A stretch of 64,000 bases of DNA from Laetmonice hystrix (lineage: Eukaryota): the NCBI GenBank assembly GCA_965235115.1, contig OZ249450.1:15004001-15068000 (forward strand), in the 5' to 3' direction. Numbering within the stretch: the first letter of the stretch is position 1; each line of letters opens with the position of its first letter. Shown here in pieces: positions 50,715 through 64,000 of this stretch. Made by a program: the position numbers and the translations under genes. The notes beneath the pieces were generated by a model. The model was not told where the DNA came from and did no database searches. It saw only the letters and a program-made list of their open reading frames with translations.

Positions 50715-53086
50715 TTAACTACAGAGACATTGTCGAACGGAAGATACCGCCAACGTGAACTAAAAATAGCTTAATGAATATTTATGAGTTATATAAAACT
50801 CCGATTACAATAACTCCGGTAACATAATAAGAGCGACCAAATGCCCACGCGATGTTACAAATCTCAGCCGCAGCGTCGACATCGTTGATCAGTTCTACAT
50901 TAGGTTAAGACCAATTATTTAGCATGAGATGGTGCATGCAAATCGGGCGTTTTGACTGTGCGTGTTGATGTTAGCACCACTGGGCGTTGTTTGTACGTAC
51001 TCCAGGAACCCACTCCGTTGGGGGCGATGGTTCACACCGACCCTGGAGGAGGAAGCCGTAAGTACTCTATAGTTGCCATCCTCCGTCTGCAGGCCTGCAG
51101 GCACTGCCCTCCCCTGTAGATGTACTTTACATAATATTTCCATCACGCCGATACAATACTCCAAACACACTTAACATTTTGTGTTTTTTTAAGTTTCCTT
51201 GAGATATGATATATTTGTATCAGAGTTCCAAGATATATTGCAGCTCTACATTGGTCTTCCTGAGTGTATGACTGATATAAGTATACAATTTACAAAATTG
51301 TCTGTGCGGGCATGCCCGACTTGAGGAAGGGATGGACCTAATCCCTCAAAGTTGACCTCCCAAACAAATTATATCTTTTCCAGGCAAAGTCTCGAGTGAA
51401 GTCCATCCACTCCTTTTCCCACCTTCCCTCTTTTTCACATTGTCTCTTCTCTTGCCTCTCAGGGACACACATGAAGTCACACCGACTACGTGATAGAGAA
51501 CATCAGTGTAGCCATGTACTGTCCATGTATGCCTCTCTGTGTCTCACATCAGAAGATGATTTCAACCAACTTTTGAAGGAACCCAGCTAAGGCATCCATG
51601 TGAAGGGCTAAAATCATTGCGTCTATTTGTCCGAGTCCACAGCTCTGTACAGTCAGGGACGAGCGTTGCCTGCTGGACCCTGGCTGGGGATAGTTAAGTC
51701 CTAAAGTCCAGCACCTAGTTGGGGACAACCACGAGTGTCCCCGCCGAGCGAGTTGGGACAACAGGAAAGTGACAAAGTGGAATGACGGATGGCCGAGCTA
51801 ATCGAATAGACGGTTGTATGGCGAGTCGTGGAAGCCCCAATGTCGGTCCCCAACCGGTTTCAGTCGACAAAATGAATGGAAGCCCCAATAGACATCGCAA
51901 CTGCCTCTTGCCCTTCTTCTTGTTCGCCTCTTCCAAATCAGCAGAATCGAGCGAAGCCCAATCTGGCCGGGGGAACATTGGTTGGAATCAGTGCACTTAT
52001 ATTGGGTCGTCTCCGCGCATTTTTCTCAATGTCGAATTTCAGTTTGGACTGCTATGGCTGAGTTCGGAGAAGTGGTTTTAGTCGGGGTTGGCAGAGCCGG
52101 ACAGTCCCGGTGCCTTAATCAATCGGGAAAGGACCATGCCCTCGGTTCGTAGACATTGTCGCCATGCTTGACTTTTATTCCTCGGCACACGATCAATTAT
52201 GGCAAGCACTGAGTATGAAAAAGACTGATGGGGATATTGACCATCCTATGCAAGTATGATACTTGCAAACACTATACGTACATCGTAAACTGTATAAACA
52301 TGTAATCTATGCATGTATGTATGTTTTCATATGTTATAGAATTATGTATGCCCCTATATGCATGCATTATGTATGTAATTTGTTTCAGACTATCTCCGTA
52401 TCGGTGGTAGTGAGATCGTTAGTGTCTGTATATTTGTAGGTGTTTATCTACCTATCTGTAGCCATTGGTTTCAAGTGGCAACGCTATTTACCCATCACAA
52501 TCAATGTCTACGCCTAGGTATACACAGTCATCCTTTAGATTGAGATTATACCAGCGTGGATATTTATCAGGATATTGGTGTTTAGAGCAGGAGGATGAAT
52601 GTATCTACTGACAGCCAAGGCAATCACCATGTAGATATATCACCCTGTCCGAGTGTTGAGGGTGGTGGATATACCAGGGCTGCTGCAAAGTACATAAATA
52701 CCTTTCTGAGCACACCCTTCCCCCGCCTGGGGTTCACACAGCCTCGAACCTAAGGGGGTCCAATCCCGCCTGTTCTTTATTTGAGGGAGTTTGTCAGTTG
52801 TACCTGCCACAGGTTCGTTGTTTTTTCCGGGGACACTAGTATAACTGGTTAACGAGGAGGATTTGAACAGAAGTGCACACCTTCACTATTCTTTAGATCC
52901 TGAAAGCTGAGGACGGTAACTGTAGAATCTGGTCGTCAGCCCCCCCTTCCCAGTCGGCATGTTCCTATCACCACCCCCACCACCCCACCCCCACCACCCT
53001 ATAATCGAACGAACGGCCGTCCACCCCAATCTGCCCTATTCCAACATAATTACGAAACAATAGTTCCGAATATACCGAATCTCACT

Positions 53087-53584
53087 CTAATTTTTATCAA
53101 TCCACAGCCTGTTACCGTTCTCTGATATTCCAAATTGTATCAAAGCCATGTTTTCCGTATGTTTAATAAAACCCGTCGTATTTTCAGCCGCCGCCCACGC
53201 CGAGTGCGAGTCATGTTGGCAGTGAGTGCGCATGTACCGTCTGGAGCTATTGCTGGGCGGAGATGTGTAAATAATATCGATTCGGTTCGGCCCCTGGTGG
53301 CAAAGGCAACCCGTCAGTTTTTCCAAAGATGCCGGCTGTCCCTTTTGACAGGACGTATCGTCATGGAAGGGACTTAACACGGATCGTACGTGCCTGAGGA
53401 GACATGTTAACCCGACGACCGGGAGGCACCGGCAGCCCCGCCACGGTAGGCCGCCATGAAGAAAGTCCCGCAGAGCAAGATAAGGAGCGTCGACAGAGCG
53501 TGGGCGGAATAGAAGGAGCCTTGCTGCCAGCGGATCTCTCACGCGGAACTTGAGATAACAACCAAAGGATATCCTATAATCCAA
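53087..53584 (-). pseudogene. Degraded APE-endonuclease-like fragment (L1/Tx1-type LINE)
   Basis: The 165-aa minus ORF has motifs in the expected order: DP..RLL, SVDAP (cf. NVYAP), SVLSPFHDD (cf. GDFNxVL), NRIDIIYTS (cf. SRIDxIY), HDSHSA (cf. SDH). All are degenerate. Confidence 0.35.
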
Positions 53585-56500
53585 GTCATTCCGCTTTACA
53601 TGATGACGGTCTATGTCCCAGTTAACAATGTGATGTTTGGGATTGGGTCAAAGATGACACCCCACACCCCCACCCCACCCCCGACCCCATTAACCCATCA
53701 CTTCCCACATCTGGAGTAAACATGCCAGTCACCCTAGCTATACTGCCCATATTTGTGCCAGAGCATCATCGAGCAGTTCTTAATGGACACTCTTTTATAG
53801 CCCGTTCACAGATACCTGTTCGAAAAACAATCTCAGCACATCACACTTAAAACCGTCCAACTAGAATCTCCAGCCTATTAAAATGACAGCCCCTGAAACC
53901 TATGGAGGTACGTTCAAAAATAATGGGGCTTTCCGTTAATTGGGCCGGGGTCCTACTTACACATTCTTTTCACTCTCAGCCAGCAGCGAGGCGAAACAAC
54001 TCACGTCAAGTTTTCCGACAAACTACGCAGCTAATAACCGAAGACGCAGAATTACTCTAGTATTTCAACAATAATCAAATCTAAAAGCTGCACTCTGGTT
54101 GAGCTTTATTAAGTCACATGGTAAGGACATGATTACCTTAATGGTAAACTTTTCCTTCTTAACTTTAATTGCAGACTTCCTTGGAGACCTCTAATAGTTT
54201 TGCTCTTAGACTCTAAATTCTGTCGTATTGGAGAAGGGTTACACCATTTGGTCGTCCTTATGAGGTAAAACGACCTTAATGGGACTTCCAGTTGATTAAC
54301 ATCTGAAATACGCCTGTCTGAAATGAGGACATCCCTCCACTGTGGATTATTATAGCCCTTAATAGCGTCCCGTTCGTGGAAGTAAGCGTGCAGTATCGGG
54401 ACATAATTAGCTCGTGCTCATTAAGTAATGTCGCTCCTCGAAGTAGAACTATAATGCGTCTTCGTTATTTATTATCATTTAGGTCGATCAATGTAATTAG
54501 CTAGCCATATGGCGAGAGCACGGGGGGCGTTTATAGTGATACCAATACACCGGTGCTGTAGTCTTTACGTTTCACTCGCAGACCCAGTGGAATTCGGAGG
54601 AATTAGAACCTTAAGTACACTCTCGGGGATGCGTAATAGGCGCTTAAATAGAATATTGCGTGCGCACTAATCTAAGGATTTACGGCTGATAATGCAAGAT
54701 TAGTGGTAGCGACGGCAACAGTCCTGGCACAGGTAGCCTACAACGTGTGAAAGGGATTACCTAGCTCACTATCGAAATTAACGGGCCGGGAGCTTTACAG
54801 TTCGACCCGCCGAATAGAATGTGACTATTAACGTCAATATACCTATTGTCATCGAACGACTATATATCCTGATTGTCTGATTGTGACCGTCAGTCAACTA
54901 TACCGAGTATAGTATCCTGGACGGTCTAATAGTACAATATCATAACCTTACCATGACTCCTCCCAAACAAGTAACAATGCCATTGATAATATAAAACTTA
55001 CCCTTCGATCCCATCGAAAAGGATTCAGTCCTCAGCCCCCCCCCCCTTTTTTTTCTCCTCCTCCCCAAATCGCTTTCTGTATTGTATCCATCAGTGACAG
55101 TTTCCTGATACATTAAACACCATTTCTTGTGGTGAAGCCTCACACACCGGCCTCCTTTTTATAACCCGCGTTATTTTTCTGACTTTGAGTCTATGATTTG
55201 ACATCTACATCATATACATACATATGAAGTATGTCCTGGTCCCATTTCTAACCGTTCCAAGTTATCCGATGACTTTACCTCCTCAGTCCACATCTACTAC
55301 TAGTATCATCCATTAACTGGGCCCCTTGCCCTTTCTACACTCGAGTCCACATAGTACTCATCAAAACCTTTCACAAACTTTGCTATATAAAAAATTACAT
55401 TAAATACATTATCGTTATGAAGAAGGCAATCCGGGAAGCAAGGGGCGACAACTAAATCTAAGGAGGGACTGGCGAATAGGAAATTACCTTATCGACGATC
55501 ATATATTTTTCAGTGCCTTTCCTAAATTTTCCAACTAAGTTTAAATTGTCTGTAGGGGCAGTCGTACCTGCGAGACAGCTGGCCCTTGCATGGCCTCCTC
55601 CCCCTTAACCTGGCAAGTGGAGTAGGAAATGATATGCCAACCTCAATCAGATTGTAGAAACTTGCAGCAGTTCCAGCCTGTGTCTACAACACACCTTCCC
55701 CAGTCTGCTGCCGAGGGAGGACGCTTCTCATCACCAAAAAGACCGAAATCACAGCCTTTCCCCGATAAAGTTTAAATATTTAATACCTCTGGAGTAAAGA
55801 AATTTATTCTTACGATTTGTATTTATGATTTGTATCGGTATAATCTGTCATTGTTACAGCGCTACTAAATACGCAATACAATCAGGGCATTCATTAATCA
55901 TACACATAAATAATCCTCTTTAAAAATTGCTTGTCGTCGACTTTTCACTTCTCATTTTGGTCTATATTGGAAAGATCAATCACCTTGGGAGGCGATAGAG
56001 TTTCCCGGTAACTTCAAACACAGGTAGGGAAAATTGAGAGTTATTATCTTGACATTCAATACGTTGCGAAGATAATAAACACAGATAGCTCAAAGCAGCC
56101 AGGAAATTGGAAGGCATGAGTGGTTACTTGAACGGTAGGCCCTGTGCAATATAAGCAGTTAACGAAGGGAAGGTACTCGTCTTAATCACATTATGCGGTA
56201 TGCGTCAACAACAGCAATTGGAGTGTCGTTTGCTGTAACCCTGACGTCCCTCTGGGTCTAGAGGTGTGTGCAAAGTGACGTTGGCCTACGACCGATCCAG
56301 TGGTAGGTCAGGTGTGAGCCCCCTCTGGTGTTTGGTGGACGAAAAATGGCATGAGGCCCTCCCTCCTGACAGACCACATGTAACAGTAGATTACCATGTA
56401 CTTCTCATTCTGACACTGCCCGCCTCCCCCGAGACCCAACTGACCTCAAACCAGTATATCTGCTACGGTAAACTTTCTCACTCTCTGTAAATCATACTCA

Positions 56501-57030
56501 TGAAACGCTACCGACAGCTCACCAGAACCGGAAGAAGATTTGAAAAATTGGCCTTAAAATTACAACTGTCCACGCTGAACCATTGTACAACGGGTAACAT
56601 TCGGATCTAGTGCTGGTTATTGTAACGAAACATGTGACTTAATTATCTGAATTCATCGTTAGAGGAACTTAATACTAATGATATTGTGTTATTTCTAAAG
56701 AACACACAACCAAATTATTATCTATTTCATGTGCTTACCAGCGACCCGTATCTTTATGTGTGGGTGTGGGTGTGGATGTGGGTGTTGTGTTCGTATGGTC
56801 CGTCGGCCCTCCATCCTGTGGTGATCTAAAACACATAAATGAATGGTAAAATGACTTTGGTGTACTTGTCCTGAGTATACATCTTCCATCACGTTATACA
56901 GGTGACAGATAAACGTGCGCTATCCGACAGGAGGTGACATTCAGCCCTCAGCACACATTCGTATCCATCGTATCCATCGTATCCACCACGTATCGTCTCC
57001 AGGCACGTCCAACCTGTCCACTGGCTTCGT

Positions 57031-57292
57031 GTTACGTAACCCGGCACGCCCGCCACACCTGAGCCTCCACTTGGTTTCGTAACGTCAAGGGTTCAGTTAC
57101 GTCACGTTAAGTTGGTTAATTAACGTCAGGGAGACGCTGGTGTTAATTTACAAAGAGGACGCGTGGGAGTGACAATCTGGATTTAGACTGACACCTCCAC
57201 AGCTGGGGCCCACGTGAGATATGATTGCAGGTATTAGTGAGGTTTAGTTATATAAGCGACCCGACACTGTTAGTTGTTTGGTGTGTGTAAGT
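57031..57292 (+). promoter_or_regulatory. bZIP (D-box/CRE-like) + E-box + TATA module
   Basis: GTTACGTAAC 57031-57040, GTTACGTCAC 57096-57105, CACGTG 57211-57216, TATATAAG 57249-57256, TTAGTT Inr-like near 57270 and a GTAAGT donor at 57287. Confidence 0.4.
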
Positions 57293-57850
57293 GATGTGTG
57301 TGGGTGGGTGGGTGGGGGGAGGCCATTTTGTGATACTCCACCCACTGGATAACCCCTGTATCTGTGGGTGGTGCGATCAATTGGTTCTAGGGCCCACTGG
57401 GAGATGGGGGCGATGATGATGAAGATGTGGGATGATAATGATGACGATTATAAGAGAACGCTTGACCACCTGATACAATAGCTCTGGCATGGAGTGCGCT
57501 ATTCCTGCCACAACCCACACAGTAGAGACAGCAAAGAGAAGAGCACCATTTCCAGCAGGGATCTCTCCGTTCTTTACGCCCGGAAGTAACAGCATTGCAT
57601 TTCCTTTTTGCAATCAACTATTCTGACCAGGGGGTGAAGAAGAAGTTCTTCGATTCAAAAGTGCTTACGTGGTATTCGGAGTAACTTTGTACATCTGTCA
57701 CCGATAAATTCACTTTAATGATTAGACACTGAGCCGTCAAGCAGAAGGTCACCAAGCATGTCGTCCATGCCGGGAGCATGTCCTCTTTGACCTGTCCAAC
57801 CCAATCTGGCGCGGCCGTCCCGGGACAACCGACGAGACCCACAATTAATT

Positions 57851-57865
57851 CACTTACCATGTTTG
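57851..57865 (-). other. Possible ATG-terminal first coding exon end
   Basis: Minus strand CAAACATG|GTAAGTG: a good initiation context directly followed by a consensus donor. Downstream exons were not identified. Confidence 0.22.
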
Positions 57866-59105
57866 GGTGTTGGCCGTTGGAGGCTAATTACTCCAACCGG
57901 CAGGTGGCGCAAGTGTCGACCTTTCCCCAATGGGACTCTCGCGCCTTCTCGTTGCAGCTGGGACCCAAACATAAACAAACCGGCCCGGGAAGCCTACCAT
58001 GATACCGTCCCCTAACAGTCGTCGTGGGAGCTAGTGTTGGGGCGAATGTTGGCTGGTTATTGTAAGCCCCTTAGAGACATACCTTTTACACCGGTCATTC
58101 CTTCCGGTCTGTTGGGCGGATGTGCGCCTAATTCTGTTAAGTGAAAAGCCAAACTAACTTGTTAAATGTCCGACGGGTTACAACGAATTGTAAACCAAGT
58201 CTCAGAGGAGTATTTGCGTTCTTGTGTGTGGGGGTGGGGTGGGTGGGGGTGGGGGCTGGGGTCGGTCCCCTACAAGGAGGAAGCATGCCCCAATATATGA
58301 TACTTCTGCAAAAGTCGCCTTATTCTCTCATATACCATAGCTGCAATTATTATTTCTGGATATAAATTATGAAGAACAAGAAGAGTATAGACATAAAACG
58401 GTCGTTTTGCTTTGCATAAAAGTTCTTATAATATAGAAATGACTTCACAAAATGTGAAGACGATCTTAGCGAATAATGGGTTTCAAGGCGATGATCATTG
58501 CCTGGAGACAGAAGAAAAACTGAACGCTTGCAAATGCGTATCGGTTTTATTTCTGCTACTGGAAAGTACCCCCTGCATTACTATTGTAACAGATCACCAC
58601 TGATCAAATGGGGGTATGGTGTATAATGAAGTTTTATTACAACCCTGGAGAGTTAAACTCTAGACCTCTCACAGTCCCTGTCGGACTGTCAATGGTTGTC
58701 TGCACGGCCTCTGTTGGTCCAGCGCTATAATACGATGTATACAATTTAACTTTAGTATTACAAAACAGAGGGCAGAGGAAGAATGGAGTTTTAATTACAT
58801 CCAGCTGTCCGCAACTTCTCATTCGATTACTGGCACTGCTCGTAGGCGTTTCACAATTAATTTAAACATTTAAAAAGATGAGATCGTAATCGTATTCTAT
58901 GAAGAATTCAATCTCTCATTTTTGCGAGAACATCTCGTTTGCTTTAAATTTGATGAAAACGTCAAACATGAACCGAAGGCATGCTGCACCGTCAGTGTTT
59001 GCTTGGAGTTTGATTTCATTAAAAGGGAGAAACAGAAAGAAAGCGAGAGAGACATAGGAAAATAGGGAACGATACTATGGAAAAAAAACAGGAGAGAAAC
59101 ACAGG

Positions 59106-59126
59106 GAGAGAGAGAGAGAGAGAGAG
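59106..59126. repeat. (GA)n microsatellite
   Basis: About 10 GA units. Confidence 0.9.
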
Positions 59127-59842
59127 TGGAGAGAAAGATCAAGAGCAAGCAATGAAGGAAATCAGGGCCTAAAATAATTAAATAAGGTCCTGATGGTTAT
59201 CCAAATATAGTTAAAACCGGCCTTTTAAATAAAAAATCAAGACATGGGACATTTTACCAAGTAATAATTTCCTATTTCATTTATCTGTCTGCCTACGCAA
59301 TAACTATTTCCCCGTTTTAGCCCATGGTCGACTGCTGCGGACGAGTTTGTGTCCAGTCTGACGCGACCGGCAAGATCTCAATATTCCATGCCAACACGCG
59401 CTCCTTGCCCCTTGGCTGGCACCGTGTCAGCCGCCAGGCTGCCCTTTCGTGATCAGACTAAGGGAGGTTTTCTTTAAAAATGCATGGCATTTGATGCTAT
59501 TTTATCGAATGCCGTGCTGCCGCCACTGCCATCGCGCAGATTTGTTTACATGCCGAATCAGGCGCGACTGGCTGACTGTCATACTAAGTTCACCAAGATC
59601 TGGCCCAGAGTATTGTGGCGTCCTGGCCGATCGAATGGGGCACGTTTGACCCTGCACGACAGCCTTGGGCTCAACCAAGTCAGCGACAGTCTATGGTTCC
59701 GACTGAGAATGTTAAAAACGCCAAAATCTCCCAAGTTACAGCGAATAGGAGTACGAATCTATCATCGAACAAGCGCATCAATGGCTCCTGATGTAACGTC
59801 TTTTTCAATTACTCTGGCATCGGAGAAAATAAGATTGTGAAC

Positions 59843-60042
59843 TTAGGGGCGGACCATAATTTTGATTTGGTGGTGTGTGTGGAGGGGAGGGGGGTTCTTC
59901 ATGAGCAAACTTTTTCCCCCCATTTCGACTATATATTTTGTTTACATATGGAACAAACTATTTTTTCCTGCGTTTGGTGAACAGATTTAACCATAGCCCC
60001 CCCCCCCTTCCACGTATCAAATGGCAAATGGTCCGACCCTTA
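59843..60042. mobile_element. 194-bp MITE with 12-bp TIRs and TTA TSD (PIF/Harbinger-like)
   Basis: TTA|GGGGCGGACCAT (59846) ... ATGGTCCGACCC|TTA (60039). The TIR matches 11/12 and the 3-bp TTA flanks are identical. Confidence 0.7.
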
Positions 60043-61855
60043 GACTTTAAGATTTTCTTTTCTCCTTCATGCAAGGACTCCGGTAAAGGCATCTTGGAAG
60101 AAGAGATGGCAATTTCACGATATTTATCCCAAGTAACTTCCACCGGCCTCTGTTCAGTGTTAATACCCAAGTTGCACAATCCGATGAAATTACCGGAGCA
60201 ACTATACAGCTTCATCTGACAGATGTCGGGAAGTCACCACGATTATGTGACATTCTAAATGAAAGTCAGCAAAAGTTTAACTTGCTGTAGTGATACAAAA
60301 TTCTTGTGACACTTAACAATGAAAACATAACGTGAACAACGTATTATACTGTATCTATTACTGTATACTATTTGATTGTTAATGTGCCTAATAGCCACCC
60401 AATTACTGCGGCCGGGGAATACAATATAAGAGGTCCATATTCTGTGCATGTCGTAATAATTGACTAAGGGTTTTCTGATTCTATAACATCATCATTACAG
60501 ACTATTCCCTATGAGGTCTATGGGGTAATGTGTCTCGCCACGACTGAGCAGTTTACAAGGAAGGACTGACGCCTTCCAGAAGCTGTGATAACAAGTGCGC
60601 CTTGGGCAGTCAATGTGTCTCTTGTAAACAATTTTGCTGAAGGGCCGAGGGTAGGAAACCTTATCAGCAGCAATATTTTGTTCCCACTTTCAAAGTCTTG
60701 GTTACCTAGATACGGCCCACCGTTTTGAAAGTCTTCGTAAAAAGGCCGGATCATCAGTCGCGTCCATATAATTTAACGAACTGTCATTGGGCGCGTTATG
60801 GTCTATCGCGTACAACAACAGAATCTATTTCATCGACGCCATTGTATTGTGCTTTTAGTTGTGGCTTTTGCCTGCAGATGGCGATCTTGATTGGAGAGCT
60901 TTTATTCGCCATGCATCCTTCACTTAGAATTATGTTAAACCTACGTTTTATTGGGGAATATGTAGACAAGACCTTATCGTATTGGAGTAATGAGAACATA
61001 GGATCTTATACAAAATCTACAGCGGGGAAGACTGGCGCATCAAACGCGGAAAATAATTATTTACTTCTTTAACTTTACTTCCTTATTTCTCCCGTTTGCT
61101 CAAATTTAGTTCTCGTATTAATCTATTTCTCATATGAAACATATTTTTATCGAGACAACACAACGTGCTTGATGAAACATCCAAAAAGAAGAAGAAAAAA
61201 GGCGATTAGTGTCTAGGTCCTGAAAGTAACTGAAGCACAAGTCGAAGGTCAAATTAAATTTTTCTGGATATGGTCGAAAATAAGACAATGCCACTGCAGC
61301 AGCTACTCGGTTGGCGATCAACTGCCACTTTTTAGCACGGCACGCGTCTATATGAAAAGCGAGAGCCGACCAATTCATTCAGGCTCCCCCTCCGTTCGCC
61401 TATTGTCTGTATTTAAAGCGGAGCGCCTATAATTCAACGGGCAGAGAATAATACCATTTTATAATTACTAATCTAATTGCTTTCATAGATGGAGAGGTGT
61501 ATAGCAGTTGCCCATTGTCCGCACGGCCGTTACATCTTAATTATAAACCACGCTGGTGTGCTCTTACCTTCAGGTAATTACAGCTTCAATCGAAGGCGAA
61601 ATCAGAATTCATTTGATTTTAATTTCGCATTTGACCGACTTCAAGGCTCAAACGGTATAGAGAATACTTTGATCAAAGGACAAATAAAGTGTTGTCTGTA
61701 CATTTTTCTTGATGTAAAACACAGCGTTAGGAAATATGTAGTTTTTATTGCCACTTAGAACAGAAAAGTTCGTATACAGTGAATCTGATCTGCTAAACAG
61801 TTGGGACACCCTTCGAGTCTGTACATAGAGGGCGGTATAGGCTTTACGCCTCGGA

Positions 61856-61874
61856 CAGCGCCACCTGTTGGCGG
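61856..61874 (-). promoter_or_regulatory. CTCF-like motif
   Basis: Minus strand CCGCCAACAGGTGGCGCTG. Confidence 0.45.
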
Positions 61875-62231
61875 AGAAAACAAACAACAATAGTTCTGTA
61901 CACCCTATCCCAAAGTGATAGCAAATTGTGAATGACGAAGGAATCCCGTCTATTTATACCCGACAACAAACTCCATCTTGGTACGTATATACAAAACAAC
62001 GCACTTAATGAAAATAGGGCCTATAATTGTATAAGGGGCTCTATTGACCCTAATGACGGGGCCCGTACTTGAAAACACTTCCATGTGTCTTAATATTGAA
62101 ATCAGACTCACTACTTACCCACAATTGTAACTATTAAAAATAGATCATGACGTAACAGTATTGCGTGAACAGGTGTGCAGTAGAACGAATCCGAAGGCAA
62201 CTGTTTGAAACGGCAAGTTCTGTGGGTGCGG

Positions 62232-62265
62232 TTCCGGTCACGTGGGGGGTAAAGGTGACCAATCA
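62232..62265. promoter_or_regulatory. Small ETS/E-box/CCAAT cluster
   Basis: TTCCGG-TCACGTG at 62232-62244 and GACCAATCA at 62257-62265. Confidence 0.25.
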
Positions 62266-64000
62266 TGATGCGTGTTTCATCAGTGGTGATCTGATCACGA
62301 CGTAAGCAGTCGGCCGATTTCTCATTTTGCGTCCCTTATGGGTCAAGCGCTTAACTCAATGTAAAATAACCTTGAAACATTTTTTCTAACGAAAAGCAGC
62401 TACATTTATACTGGGGACTATGTGTATCATGGACACTGCATCTAGCGATATTAATCCTTACTGTCTATTTCCATGGGAATGGATCTTCTAATGGTTAAGA
62501 TACCAAAATATGACCACCTAACATTAAACACATAACGTAGGCTTATTGGAAAGACTTAACGCTTAACACGCAATTATGCGACTGAAAATATAAAATATTG
62601 CATTAATTATTTAAACATGCAAATACGTAGCAGCAGATGCGAATGAATCAAGTAATGTGTTTGAATCGTATTGCCCACTCTGATGCCAGGAAAATTGTGT
62701 TTATTCTGTGTTTTGGTCACCATTGTCAACGCTAGGTGGCAGGCCATTTTCACGGTATGAAAGCAGACACCTATTGAGTGCGGAGGCCCTGAGCGTCTTG
62801 TTTCCTGGTTGAGTTCAGTACGAGGATGATGGATGCAGATAATGATAATGAGGGAATCTTGGTTAACAACCAATCACAACTCGCAAAAACAAAATACTGT
62901 TTCCGTCGTCACTGTAACTTGATAGTGTGTGATTAAAGTGAGGTCTTATATATTTAACGGAGTAGTAATTTTCTGAAACTTCATTCGCCTCAAATATGTG
63001 TATTTTCTCGATTGCTTCTTGTGAAAGTTCCATACGTATCAAAATAGTACAACAGATTCCAAGTCTTTCGACATCCACATGTACATAAGAACACCCAGTG
63101 ATTCCAGTGTATTTCTCTGGCGGAAATAAGTTTAAAACTACGTATCAAAATGGCTGAAAACAAGCGTCTGGCGAAGTGTGGATATATGACTTCAAGAAAA
63201 TGTCCGATGCATAATCCTGTATCTTTGTGAAATGGGCGACGTATGATTCTATGTGCGTGAAAGAGGGAGAGAGAGAGCGCGAGACACAGAGCGACAGTTA
63301 AATGCTACAACAAATGCTATAACAAAATGATACCGGCATAGTTTGTCGGGATGTTTGACATGGATATTGTCGTCCGACCTTATGTTCCCTGTATACCACC
63401 CACCAATCTGACCACACATCGTCCCTACATTAGTCCTCACATCCGTCACCATGACAACATTTCGATGATATGTTGGGGGAGCATGAAGGCGTGCTTGGGT
63501 TGTATACAGAGGTCCTACGGAATAGTGTGACGCCCTGGGCACAGTTCCGAAAAGATCTCACTTAAGGTTAGGCTTATCGTGATTAGCGTTAAGCCTAAAC
63601 TTAAGTAAGCTCTTAAGATTTGAGGAACCTGGCCCTGGATTAATAATCTCCATGCCACCCGCGTTTTGCGAGCTGTAACGTTTTTTGTTAATTTGTCCTT
63701 ATTTTGATCCGAATCCTTGAGACGGATCCTCCGCGGCACGGACAGCACCGGCCGTGTCCTGTCTGGGTTGTATGGCGTATGTACACGTGATAATTGTAAC
63801 GGCCACCTATCTGGCGCGTAGGGAACCATTTGACTCTCACACAATGTATTAAAACCGACTATTTGCGCTCCGTTGAAAGACGTGTTTGATCCATATAAAA
63901 ATAGGTGAGAGATGTTCTGTGGATATAGTAGATCTCAGAGACAGAGCGATTAAAGGGAAATGATTATTATCGTAGAAGCAACGTAAGCGGTCATTGCAAG

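Overview
This looks like eukaryotic, repeat-rich, largely non-coding DNA at roughly 43-45% GC by eye. CTCF-like motifs, GT-AG splice signals and the transposon types suggest a bilaterian, probably marine invertebrate host (inference). I found no intact recognisable gene, rRNA, tRNA or CRISPR array. The longest ORFs in the track are either minisatellite artefacts or unassignable. Directly visible features are: (1) eight different minisatellite arrays (25-74 bp units), several with palindromic units and higher-order structure; (2) a 433-bp solo-LTR-like insert splitting a 49-bp array; (3) several MITE/TIR elements, a Tc1/mariner (DUF4817-type) 5' relic and weak APE-endonuclease relics; (4) promoter-like motif clusters; (5) intronless decayed reading frames with no identifiable domain, most strikingly a compact block at 16.3-19.5 kb; (6) two abutting perfect 35-nt palindromes next to a DEAH-like fragment at 29.2-29.6 kb; and (7) a large excess of the palindrome TGACGTCA. 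I cannot establish a novel biological system from sequence alone. The best leads are the decayed-ORF block, the twin-palindrome locus and the bZIP/E-box/TATA module. All protein assignments are by-eye motif recognition and need database confirmation.
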